In this document: positions 17,228 to 24,685 of the stretch, one piece after another
Layout of the letters: every line of letters begins with the position of its first letter
How positions within the stretch are numbered: the first letter of the stretch is position 1
NCBI GenBank assembly: GCA_046759865.1
Contig: JBHIDB010000002.1
Span: 1 to 48,122, forward strand
Source of the DNA: Thermoplasmata archaeon
GTDB taxonomy: Archaea; Thermoplasmatota; Thermoplasmata; RBG-16-68-12; JAJISG01
Reading direction: 5' to 3'
DNA: 48,122 bases
Position numbers and translations under genes: made by a program
The notes under the pieces: model-generated
Databases searched by the model: none
The model's input: the letters and a program-made list of their open reading frames with translations, nothing else
What the model was told of the DNA's origin: nothing

Positions 17228-18254
17228 GCAGGCCGAGTCCAGGGAGAAGGCGAAACCCAAGGCGAAGTGGCTCGCCCTCAAGCGGCAGCTTCGCGGGTTC
17301 CGCGGATGGCTAGCGATAGCCATCACGGCCGCTGTCGTGGTCTCCACCTACCTGGCGCTGACTCTGCCCCTGGCAGTGCAAGGTCCGGCGCCAGGCGAAG
17401 GAGAGTTCAACTACGGAGAGACCCTGATCCAGGGTCCCCTCCAGTACACCCCCTCCTACAACGCCTGCACCGACGACTATCGGCCGACGTACGGAGCGGC
17501 CTGCCCGGATCTGGGCTCGATCTTTAGCCCGCTGCCCCAGGTGCCCGTCGACATGGTGGACGTCTCGGACCGCGTGTTCCGGAACGCCCAGGGGTTCATC
17601 ACCATGGGTCGCATCACGGAGCCCTACTGGCGCAACCCCGAGTTCTACCCCGGTTGGTCCCAGACCCACTTCGACGAGGTCTACATGACGGATCGATCGG
17701 GCATCGTGACCCCGATTGGGTTCGGTGCCTACCCGAGCATCACCCAGGTCGTGACACGCCCGACGTCAGACACGTGGACCTTCACCTTCTTCCTGAAGGA
17801 CGGGTGGGGGCTGACCCACTGGCAGGGCATGGTCCTGGACCTCTACCTCCCCCCGACGGCCCTGAAGGCCACTTTCGACGACCCGCTGCTGGATGAGGGG
17901 GGCAACCCGGTCACCCAGGACACCGTCATCGCGGCCGGAATGAACCCCCGGTTCACCTTCGCCAACGACCCAGTCTACCAATCGTTCGAGGCGGACCTGC
18001 TGTTCCCGCTGGAAGCGGACCAACGGATGGTGATCCTGGAGCCCAACTACCCGAACTTCCATTCGGGCTGGGTTCGCGCGATCACGGTGGACGTCGACCT
18101 AGGCGCCCTCCCGCGAGGCACTTGGTTCTTCCTGGTGAAGGCCGAAATCCCCACACAGGAGATCGGCGAGCTCTACTTCTACGAGTACGGCAACTTCTAC
18201 CAGCCCAGCGGCTTCGACATCGTGCTGTTCCAGGGCCTGATTGTAGTGGTGTGA
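17169..18254 (+). CDS. N-terminally anchored membrane protein, unknown function
   Basis: Basic N-terminus followed by one TM helix (WLAIAITAAVVVSTYLALTLPLAV) and a ~300-aa Trp/Tyr/Pro-rich ectodomain. There is no in-frame ATG/GTG/TTG between 17228 and the TM segment, so the start must be GTG 17169 or TTG 17175, overlapping the upstream gene. Confidence 0.6.
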   Translation: MVSLPARTRGRTGSRRPRPKQAESREKAKPKAKWLALKRQLRGFRGWLAIAITAAVVVSTYLALTLPLAVQGPAPGEGEFNYGETLIQGPLQYTPSYNACTDDYRPTYGAACPDLGSIFSPLPQVPVDMVDVSDRVFRNAQGFITMGRITEPYWRNPEFYPGWSQTHFDEVYMTDRSGIVTPIGFGAYPSITQVVTRPTSDTWTFTFFLKDGWGLTHWQGMVLDLYLPPTALKATFDDPLLDEGGNPVTQDTVIAAGMNPRFTFANDPVYQSFEADLLFPLEADQRMVILEPNYPNFHSGWVRAITVDVDLGALPRGTWFFLVKAEIPTQEIGELYFYEYGNFYQPSGFDIVLFQGLIVVV

Positions 18255-18258
18255 TGTC

Positions 18259-19752
18259 ATGGGATGGCGAAGGGGATGGCTTGGGGCACCCGCGCTCGTG
18301 GGCCTGGTCATTCTCTTCGCCGTCCCGGCCACTGCCCTGGACGTCGGCGTCGATTGGAGCCTTGAGAACGCCCCGTCCGTCGTTACTCTGGTCGCGACAG
18401 GTGTCTCTCAGGAGTCGGCCACCCTTGAGGGGAGCCTCGGTGGCTTGGGAGGGGAACCAAGCGTCCAGGTGAGCTTCGAGTGGGGCACCTCTCCGGCCCT
18501 CGGCCAGGAGACCACCTCACGGACCATGAGCGCGCCTGGGACGTTCGAAGCGACCATCGAAGATCTCACACCCGGGACGACCTACTACTACCGGGCCAAG
18601 GCCGCCGGCAATGGGACCGCACTCGGGGAGACCCTGACCTTCCAGACGGCCCCCGCCGCCGGTGTGGGCGACCTCCTTTCGCAGCTCTGGCTTTGGCTCG
18701 TCCTGCTTGCCATCGCGGCGGTGATGGGCTACCTGCTCACGCGGAGACAGCTGGCCGCCCGGCGCAGGCCCGGGGGGGCGGGTGTGACCGCGGCGAAGGC
18801 CACTAAGAAGGCGCGTGGTGGCCTCTCTGGAAGGGCCGGCGGCATTCGGGCCGTGGCAAAGGACGCCTCGGAGGCCCCCGCGGCCGACCTCGAGGGGGCC
18901 GTCGGCGCGGCGACGCTTTCGGAGACTCTCTGCCCCCACTGCGGCACCCAGCTCGCGGGAACCGCCGTATATTGTTACGGATGCGGTCGCGGACTCACTG
19001 AAGGCGCAGACTTGGATGAGCGGGTCGAGCGCGCCAAGGGGGCCCTGGCGGAGAACGAGCGGGACCGGGACGCCCTCTTCACACTAGGCGCCCACCTCGC
19101 GGCCGCCGGTGAGGCTCAGGAGGCGATCGAAATCCTCAACAAGCTCACTATGCTCGACCCCCACTTCCCGGGGATCTGGTGGGTCAAGGCCCGCGTCTTC
19201 CAGGCGCTTGGGAACCCTCAGGCAGCGGAGGCGGCCATGATGCGGGCCATGCAGGACGATCAGAGTGCGGGCGTGGAGGCGCTCCTCACGGCCGCAGGCA
19301 CGGCGGGAGTAGCGGCCACGGCCCCCGCGCCGACCCCGACGCCGCCTAAGAGCAAAGAGTCCAAGGAGCGCGCGGCGGGAAGAACGGGACCTGAGAAGTG
19401 TCCCCACTGTTCGGCGACCCTCGAACTCGAGGCTGGGAACTGTCCGAACTGCGGTCATTCGGTCCTCGATCAAGGCGAGGCGCTGGAAGCGAAGGTCACA
19501 CGAGCCCTCGCGATTCTCGACCTGGACGAGAACGATGTGGACGCCCTCTTCACCCTCGGAGCCTACCTGCTCTTGGACGGGAAGGTCAAGGAGGCCCTGG
19601 ACACGTTGGACCGCCTCACGCTCCTCGATCCAAGCTACCCGGGCCTCTGGTGGGTCAAGGCGCAAGCCTTCGAGAAGCTGGGAAACAAGAAGGCAGCCGA
19701 GTCGGCGATGGAGCGAGCCCAGAAGGGCGACGAGGACTCGGAGCAGGAATAG
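18259..19752 (+). CDS. bitopic membrane protein: signal peptide, FN3-like ectodomain, TM helix, and two cytoplasmic zinc-ribbon+TPR modules
   Basis: FN3-like block (ATLEGSL...VSFEWGTSP...DLTPGTTYYYRAKA). TM helix LWLWLVLLAIAAVMGYLLT followed by RRQLAARRR. CPHCG...CYGCG and CPHCS...CPNCG are each followed by DALFTLGA...LDP.[FY]PG.WWVKA TPR-like helices. Confidence 0.75.
   Translation: MGWRRGWLGAPALVGLVILFAVPATALDVGVDWSLENAPSVVTLVATGVSQESATLEGSLGGLGGEPSVQVSFEWGTSPALGQETTSRTMSAPGTFEATIEDLTPGTTYYYRAKAAGNGTALGETLTFQTAPAAGVGDLLSQLWLWLVLLAIAAVMGYLLTRRQLAARRRPGGAGVTAAKATKKARGGLSGRAGGIRAVAKDASEAPAADLEGAVGAATLSETLCPHCGTQLAGTAVYCYGCGRGLTEGADLDERVERAKGALAENERDRDALFTLGAHLAAAGEAQEAIEILNKLTMLDPHFPGIWWVKARVFQALGNPQAAEAAMMRAMQDDQSAGVEALLTAAGTAGVAATAPAPTPTPPKSKESKERAAGRTGPEKCPHCSATLELEAGNCPNCGHSVLDQGEALEAKVTRALAILDLDENDVDALFTLGAYLLLDGKVKEALDTLDRLTLLDPSYPGLWWVKAQAFEKLGNKKAAESAMERAQKGDEDSEQE
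18931..19263 (+). repeat. internal protein repeat 1 (zinc ribbon + TPR-like module, aa 225-335)
   Basis: Aligns by eye with aa 381-492 of the same protein: CPHC..., DALFTLGA, LDP.[FY]PG.WWVKA. Confidence 0.8.
19399..19734 (+). repeat. internal protein repeat 2 (zinc ribbon + TPR-like module, aa 381-492)
   Basis: See repeat 1. Confidence 0.8.
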
Positions 19753-19796
19753 CGCCTCCTGTGATCGGGTCGAGGTTCCTCCCGCCCTCGCGGCGA

Positions 19797-20051
19797 TTAG
19801 GACATTCGGTAGACCGAATCCCCGGGCCGCACGCGTTCCTTGACCTTCACGCCCACCGACTGGCCTTGGTTCGCCCCCTCCACATCCTGCCGTTCGATCT
19901 GCATGGACTCCACTTCCTGGGAGAAGTCCGTGGTGGCGCCCTGAATGTGGATCGTGTCGCCGACGCGAAGGGCGCCGTCCGTGAGCTCGATGGCCGCCAC
20001 GCCGGGCTGGGCGAAGAACTTGAACACCTGGCCGACCCTGGTCTGTTCCAT
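19797..20051 (-). CDS. small beta-barrel protein resembling EF-Tu domain 2 (translation elongation factor-like protein)
   Basis: 84 aa. VGQVFKFFAQPGVAAIELTDGALRVGDTIHIQG...GQSVGVKV resembles the translation-factor domain-II barrel. Confidence 0.5.
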   Translation of the reverse strand: MEQTRVGQVFKFFAQPGVAAIELTDGALRVGDTIHIQGATTDFSQEVESMQIERQDVEGANQGQSVGVKVKERVRPGDSVYRMS

Positions 20052-20153
20052 GGGACCGGGGGGCCATGGAGGGGATTTTCTAAAAAGCTTCCCGCCCGAG
20101 CATAGGGGCGGCGAGGAGCGACGCTAGGGGGAGGCGCTCCAGGCGTAAGAAAC

Positions 20154-20160
20154 CTTTAAG
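20154..20160 (+). promoter_or_regulatory. TATA-like box (CTTTAAG) for the Sm-like gene
   Basis: Centred ~34 nt upstream of ATG 20191. Confidence 0.4.
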
Positions 20161-20190
20161 GCCAGAGGGGAAGTTCGCGGGGCGGTCTTC

Positions 20191-20406
20191 ATGGTCCAAC
20201 CCCTTCAGATCCTGGAGAGGTCCCTCAACAAACGGATCTCTCTCATCTTGAAGGACAACCGGGTCCTCGTCGGCACCCTCGTCGGATACGACGATTACAT
20301 GAACATGGTCTTGGAAGACACGGAGGAGACCCAGGGGGAGCAGGTTCGTCGTGTCGGAACCGTGGTCCTCCGGGGGAACAACGTGGTTACCATCGCCCCC
20401 CAATGA
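20191..20406 (+). CDS. Sm-like archaeal protein (LSm/SmAP)
   Basis: Sm1/Sm2 motifs: ISLILKDNRVLVGTLVGYDDYMNMVLEDTEE ... VVLRGNNVVTI. Confidence 0.9.
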   Translation: MVQPLQILERSLNKRISLILKDNRVLVGTLVGYDDYMNMVLEDTEETQGEQVRRVGTVVLRGNNVVTIAPQ

Positions 20407-20446
20407 TGGACCCGGGGCGCTCTCCTTGCCGCGGGAGGCGCGTGTG

Positions 20447-21460
20447 ATGCAGGCGGTCATCCTGGTAGGGGGACTCGGGACGCGCCTACGCCCCGTCACC
20501 TACACCCGGCCCAAGGCCCTCGTCCCGCTGCTGAACCGCCCCATGATCCTCCACGCACTGGACGCCCTACCGCCAGCCGTGGACGAGGTCATCATCGCCG
20601 CGAGCTACATGATCGAGTCCTTGGAGGCGTTCTTCTCCGCCCGCACGGAGAGTCGGAAGGTCATCCTTGTGGAGGAGTCGGAACCCCTGGGAACCGGCGG
20701 CGCCCTGCGCAACCTGCGGGGGACCCTCCATGGAACCTTCGTGGCCCTGAATGGGGACGTCCTCAGCTCGTTGGACCTGTCCCGACTCGTGGCACATCAC
20801 GCGGTGCAGGGAGGCATCGGGACGATCGCGTTATGGGAGGTGACGAATCCGGAGGCCTACGGCATCGTTGACGTGGATGAGGACGGACGGATTCAGAGGT
20901 TTCTGGAGAAGCCGTCTCCCGACGAGGTCTTCTCGCAATGGATCAACGCGGGAGCCTACGTGTTTGAGGAGGGCATCCTCGACCTGATTCCAGAGGGCCG
21001 CCCGGTCTCGTTGGAGCGGGAGGCCTTTCCTGTGGCCCTCTCGCGGGGGCTTTACGGACTGTCCTTCGAGGGATACTGGTCGGACGCGGGCACCCTGGAA
21101 CAGTACCTGGGGGCGACCCGGATTCTCTTGGATCAGCAAGCCAGCAGGGAGGGGAATGGGCAGGCCATCGAGGCAGAGGTGGTCCCTCCCAACGCCATTC
21201 CCCCCTCGGCGGTCATTGCCGGTGGGAGTGTGGGTCCCTACGTCTCGCTGGGCGAAGGCTGTCGAATCTCGGAAGCCCATCTGGTCCGGACCGTCCTCCT
21301 GGACGAGGTGGTCGTGGAGGCCGGAGCCGCCGTGGTGGACAGCCTGATTGGGGTGGGGGCGACCATCGGAAGCGACGCGCTGGTGCGGGGCTGCATCGTT
21401 GGGGATGGCGTCACGGTGAAAGCGGGATCACAACGGGTGGCCGAACAGGTGGAGGCGTGA
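20447..21460 (+). CDS. sugar-1-phosphate nucleotidyltransferase with C-terminal left-handed beta-helix
   Basis: MQAVILVGGLGTRLRPVTYTRPKALVP, EPLGTGGAL, GYWSDAGT, then hexapeptide-like repeats. I trimmed the track ORF to ATG 20447 because the N-terminal extension overlaps the Sm gene. Confidence 0.85.
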   Translation: MQAVILVGGLGTRLRPVTYTRPKALVPLLNRPMILHALDALPPAVDEVIIAASYMIESLEAFFSARTESRKVILVEESEPLGTGGALRNLRGTLHGTFVALNGDVLSSLDLSRLVAHHAVQGGIGTIALWEVTNPEAYGIVDVDEDGRIQRFLEKPSPDEVFSQWINAGAYVFEEGILDLIPEGRPVSLEREAFPVALSRGLYGLSFEGYWSDAGTLEQYLGATRILLDQQASREGNGQAIEAEVVPPNAIPPSAVIAGGSVGPYVSLGEGCRISEAHLVRTVLLDEVVVEAGAAVVDSLIGVGATIGSDALVRGCIVGDGVTVKAGSQRVAEQVEA

Positions 21461-22815
21461 CGCGGCTTTTTGGGACGAACGGGATTCGCGGGGTCGTCGG
21501 AACGGAGATGACGCCGGCCTTGGCCCGAGGTGTGGCGCAGGCTGCGGGCACGATCTGGAAGGGCGGGTCCGTGGCCGTCGGGAACGACACCCGGACCTCG
21601 GGCCCCATGCTCAAGGCGGCCGTTCTCGCGGGACTCACCGCAGCCGGTTGCCGGGTCTCTGACCTCGGCGGGGCCCCCTCCCCCGCCGTTCAGCTGTACG
21701 TCAAAGAGCATGACCTCGTCGGGGGGGTCATCGTGACCGCTTCGCACAATCCCCCGGAGTACAACGGGATTAAGGTCCTCGACGCGGAAGGCATGGAGAC
21801 GCCCCGCGAGACCGAGGAAGAGATTGAACGCATCTACTTCGAGGGCGGGTTCGCTACCTCCTCCTGGGATGGGGTGGGGCAGGTCCTCCCCGTGGAGGGG
21901 ACAAACGGCCGGTATTGCGAAGCCATTCTCGATCAAGTGGACCGCTTGGCCATTCGGGAGAACGGCTTCCGGGTCGTGTTGGACTGTGCCAACGGGGCCT
22001 CCACCTTCACCTCGCCCTACCTGCTCAAGGCCCTCGGTTGCCAGGTCCTGACCCTCAACGCCCAGCCCGACGGCACGTTCCCGGGCCACCCACCCGAACC
22101 ACGCTCCGAACATCTGGAGGAGCTCACCTCGTTGGTCACGGAGACGGGGGCGCACCTGGGAGCGGCCCACGACGGGGACGCGGACCGGGTCGTCTTTGTG
22201 GACGAGAGGGGCGGGTACGTCGACGGCGACCGCTCCCTCGCCCTCGTCGCCGGACACGTCGTGGGCAAAGCAGGAAGTGGCACGGTCGTCACACCCGTTA
22301 GCTCTTCGAGTTGCGTCGAGGAGGTGGTCCAGGCGGCCGGCGGCGAGGTGACCTATACGCCCGTAGGGGCCCCTCTGGTTGCCCGGAAGATGTACGAGAT
22401 CCAGGCCACCTTCGGGGGGGAGGAGAACGGAGGACTCATCTTCCCCACCCATCAATACACCCGCGACGGGGCCCTGGGCCTGGCCATGATGCTGGAGATT
22501 CTGGCCGTGGGGAAGGGAGACCTCTCAGACCGTCTCGGGCGAATTCCCACCTATCATCTCGTCAAGGCGCGTCTCCCCTGCCCCCCGGACACGAGGAAGC
22601 GCGTCATGGAAGCCCTCGCCAGCCGCGTTGCCGAGCACCGCGTGGATCGGACGGATGGCCTGAAGATCTTCTTTGATGGCGGCTGGGTCCTCGCACGGCC
22701 CTCCGGGACCGAGGCAGTCATCCGCGTGTTCTCCGAGGGGAAGACCCTTGAGGACGCCCAACGTCTCTCCGAGCAGGTCATGGAGATGCTGGAAGAGATC
22801 AAGGCCTCTACCTAG
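21457..22815 (+). CDS. phosphohexose mutase (archaeal phosphoglucosamine/phosphomanno/phosphogluco-mutase family)
   Basis: LFGTNGIRG, active-site VTASHNPPEYNGIKV, metal loop AHDGDADR, GGEENGG. GTG start overlaps the upstream stop (GTGA). Confidence 0.9.
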   Translation: MTRLFGTNGIRGVVGTEMTPALARGVAQAAGTIWKGGSVAVGNDTRTSGPMLKAAVLAGLTAAGCRVSDLGGAPSPAVQLYVKEHDLVGGVIVTASHNPPEYNGIKVLDAEGMETPRETEEEIERIYFEGGFATSSWDGVGQVLPVEGTNGRYCEAILDQVDRLAIRENGFRVVLDCANGASTFTSPYLLKALGCQVLTLNAQPDGTFPGHPPEPRSEHLEELTSLVTETGAHLGAAHDGDADRVVFVDERGGYVDGDRSLALVAGHVVGKAGSGTVVTPVSSSSCVEEVVQAAGGEVTYTPVGAPLVARKMYEIQATFGGEENGGLIFPTHQYTRDGALGLAMMLEILAVGKGDLSDRLGRIPTYHLVKARLPCPPDTRKRVMEALASRVAEHRVDRTDGLKIFFDGGWVLARPSGTEAVIRVFSEGKTLEDAQRLSEQVMEMLEEIKAST

Positions 22816-22820
22816 TCGCT

Positions 22821-23591
22821 TCAAGCCGGCACGAAAAACCACAGGTATAGCGCCAGTGCCAGGACCGCCCCGAAGCTCGTGGCGATTAGGTTGACCGTCT
22901 TCTTCGAAACGAGCCCCCTCTCCTCTAGGGTCGCTCCCGCAACGCTGTCGACCTGGCAGCCCAGGAACCCCACCGAGATGGGAATCGCAAGGACTGCGGG
23001 CGCGATCGGAAAGGTCGGATCCTGGTTCAAGCCGAGGGGAATGAGGGTGAGGAAGATCCAGGCCATCAGCGCCGTGTAGAACGCCGCCAGGAGCGCGGCC
23101 CCTTGTCCGAGGTAGGAGACGCCGCCGTTGGTTCCGGGGGGCACCCGCTCCAGGGTCGTGATGCGGTAGGTCCTGGGGGAGAGGACGCCGAGCTCGCTGG
23201 CGAGGGTGTCGGACGCCGCCACGGCAATGGAGGACACGAAGAGGAGGCCGGCGAGCTCTTTGGGGATGAGACCCGCCGCGCTTAGGACGGCGATGGCCGT
23301 CGGCACGAGACCGTTGGCCAGGACGTTTCCCCACCGTCGCTCCCCACGAACGCCCTCCTGGGCCCCGAGCCCCTTCTTCACCTCAAACTTGTATCGTGTG
23401 GCAACGAAGCTCGTGAGGAGGAAGAGCAGGAGTAGGAACAGCCAGAGGATGTCGCCGAAGACGCCGATGAGGAGACCCACGGCGAAGGCGGCCACCGAAC
23501 CGTCCCAGGTCAGGACGCCGCGGTAGTAAGCCAGGGCGGAAAGCGCCGTGGTGAGGAGGACCGTCACGAGAACAATCTCGGGGGCGACCAT
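22821..23591 (-). CDS. DUF92/TMEM19-family integral membrane protein
   Basis: Seven or more TM helices with the conserved ERRWGNVLANG, AASDTLASELG and GGVSYLG blocks of DUF92. Confidence 0.75.
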   Translation of the reverse strand: MVAPEIVLVTVLLTTALSALAYYRGVLTWDGSVAAFAVGLLIGVFGDILWLFLLLLFLLTSFVATRYKFEVKKGLGAQEGVRGERRWGNVLANGLVPTAIAVLSAAGLIPKELAGLLFVSSIAVAASDTLASELGVLSPRTYRITTLERVPPGTNGGVSYLGQGAALLAAFYTALMAWIFLTLIPLGLNQDPTFPIAPAVLAIPISVGFLGCQVDSVAGATLEERGLVSKKTVNLIATSFGAVLALALYLWFFVPA

Positions 23592-23638
23592 CGCGGGCCA
23601 ATGCCCTCATTTCCCTACTTAGCTTTGTCGGACGGGTT

Positions 23639-24658
23639 CTAGGTCCAGCGATCCAGGCGGCTCTGTCCCCGTGACGCAGCACCCTCCTCGAGCTTTTGGA
23701 TCGCCGTCCGAACCCGTTCTTCGGAAAAGTCGAACCCCCGGCAGAGAAACTCCAGGATGGCCGGACCGTCCGGGTCCTCCCACGAGAGGTCGTACTCGTC
23801 GCTGACGTCGGGATCCAGGAAGATCTGGCGCACCTCTTCGCGCTCTTCGATGTCCAGGCCCGTTGCCGCCAGGGTCGCCTCGAGGTCGCCGTGCTCCCGG
23901 ATCAACTTCAAGGCTTTCTTCGGCCCGATACCCTTGATCCCGTCGTTGAAGTCCGTGCCGATGAGGAGGGCCATGTCCACGAGCTGTTCCCGGCTGACGC
24001 CGAGGGACGCCAGGTTTTCCGCGAGGCGGATGAGTTCGATCCGGACGGTGACATACTCGTTCCGCCGAGGGAGCTTCCGCCGACCTGAGAGGGCCAGGTT
24101 CTTGACGAGCCGGGTCGACCCGAAGAGGAGGGCGTCGTGGTCCTGCGACCCCGTCGCCCACGCATCCCCCTTGGCGACCATGTGGCTCGTCTGGGCCTCC
24201 CCATCGGAAGGGGCCTGGACCATCGGGACCCCCATGAGTCCGAGGAGCTCCTGGGCGCTGTCGAGCATCGGATCCGTGAGGCGCACGGCCTGTTGGGCTT
24301 TCCGTCGGGCCCTCTCAAGGTCGCCTGCCTTCCGGGCTTCCTGCCACTCGGCCTCCGCCCGGGCCCGGATCCCCGCACGGGCCTGCAGCACCCCCAGCTT
24401 CAGGGGGTTCGGGGTCCCGTCGAAGACGAAAATCGGGAGGATACCGCGCTGGAGGACGTTGGAGGTCCGGTAGATCAGCCCGCTGAGGTGGGAAGTCACC
24501 CGCCCTCGGCGGTCCATCAGGGGCGTTCCGTCGGGCTGGCGGATGATGGCCAGGAACTGGTAGAGGGCGTTGTAGGCGTCGATGGCGATGACCTTGCCCC
24601 GAAAGTCCTGCAGCCGCTGGGGGGTGTAGATCAGCAGACCCCCGAGGTCGACGCCCAT
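23639..24658 (-). CDS. fen: flap endonuclease 1
   Basis: MGVDLGGLL..., IAIDAYNALYQF, PIFVFDG, APSDGEAQ, GSQDHDALLFG, LIGTDFN and a C-terminal PIP-like tail (QSRLDRW). Confidence 0.92.
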   Translation of the reverse strand: MGVDLGGLLIYTPQRLQDFRGKVIAIDAYNALYQFLAIIRQPDGTPLMDRRGRVTSHLSGLIYRTSNVLQRGILPIFVFDGTPNPLKLGVLQARAGIRARAEAEWQEARKAGDLERARRKAQQAVRLTDPMLDSAQELLGLMGVPMVQAPSDGEAQTSHMVAKGDAWATGSQDHDALLFGSTRLVKNLALSGRRKLPRRNEYVTVRIELIRLAENLASLGVSREQLVDMALLIGTDFNDGIKGIGPKKALKLIREHGDLEATLAATGLDIEEREEVRQIFLDPDVSDEYDLSWEDPDGPAILEFLCRGFDFSEERVRTAIQKLEEGAASRGQSRLDRWT

Positions 24659-24685
24659 CGCCGGGGTCAGGGAGCCGTCCCGACG

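Noticed and set aside
15662-17347. 561-aa ORF on the minus strand
   Set aside because: It is antisense to two plus-strand genes that have signal peptides and an RBS. The product is Arg/Gly/Pro/His-rich low-complexity, as expected for a stop-poor antisense frame in GC-rich DNA.
21238-22455. 405-aa minus-strand ORF
   Set aside because: It is antisense to the nucleotidyltransferase and phosphohexose mutase genes.
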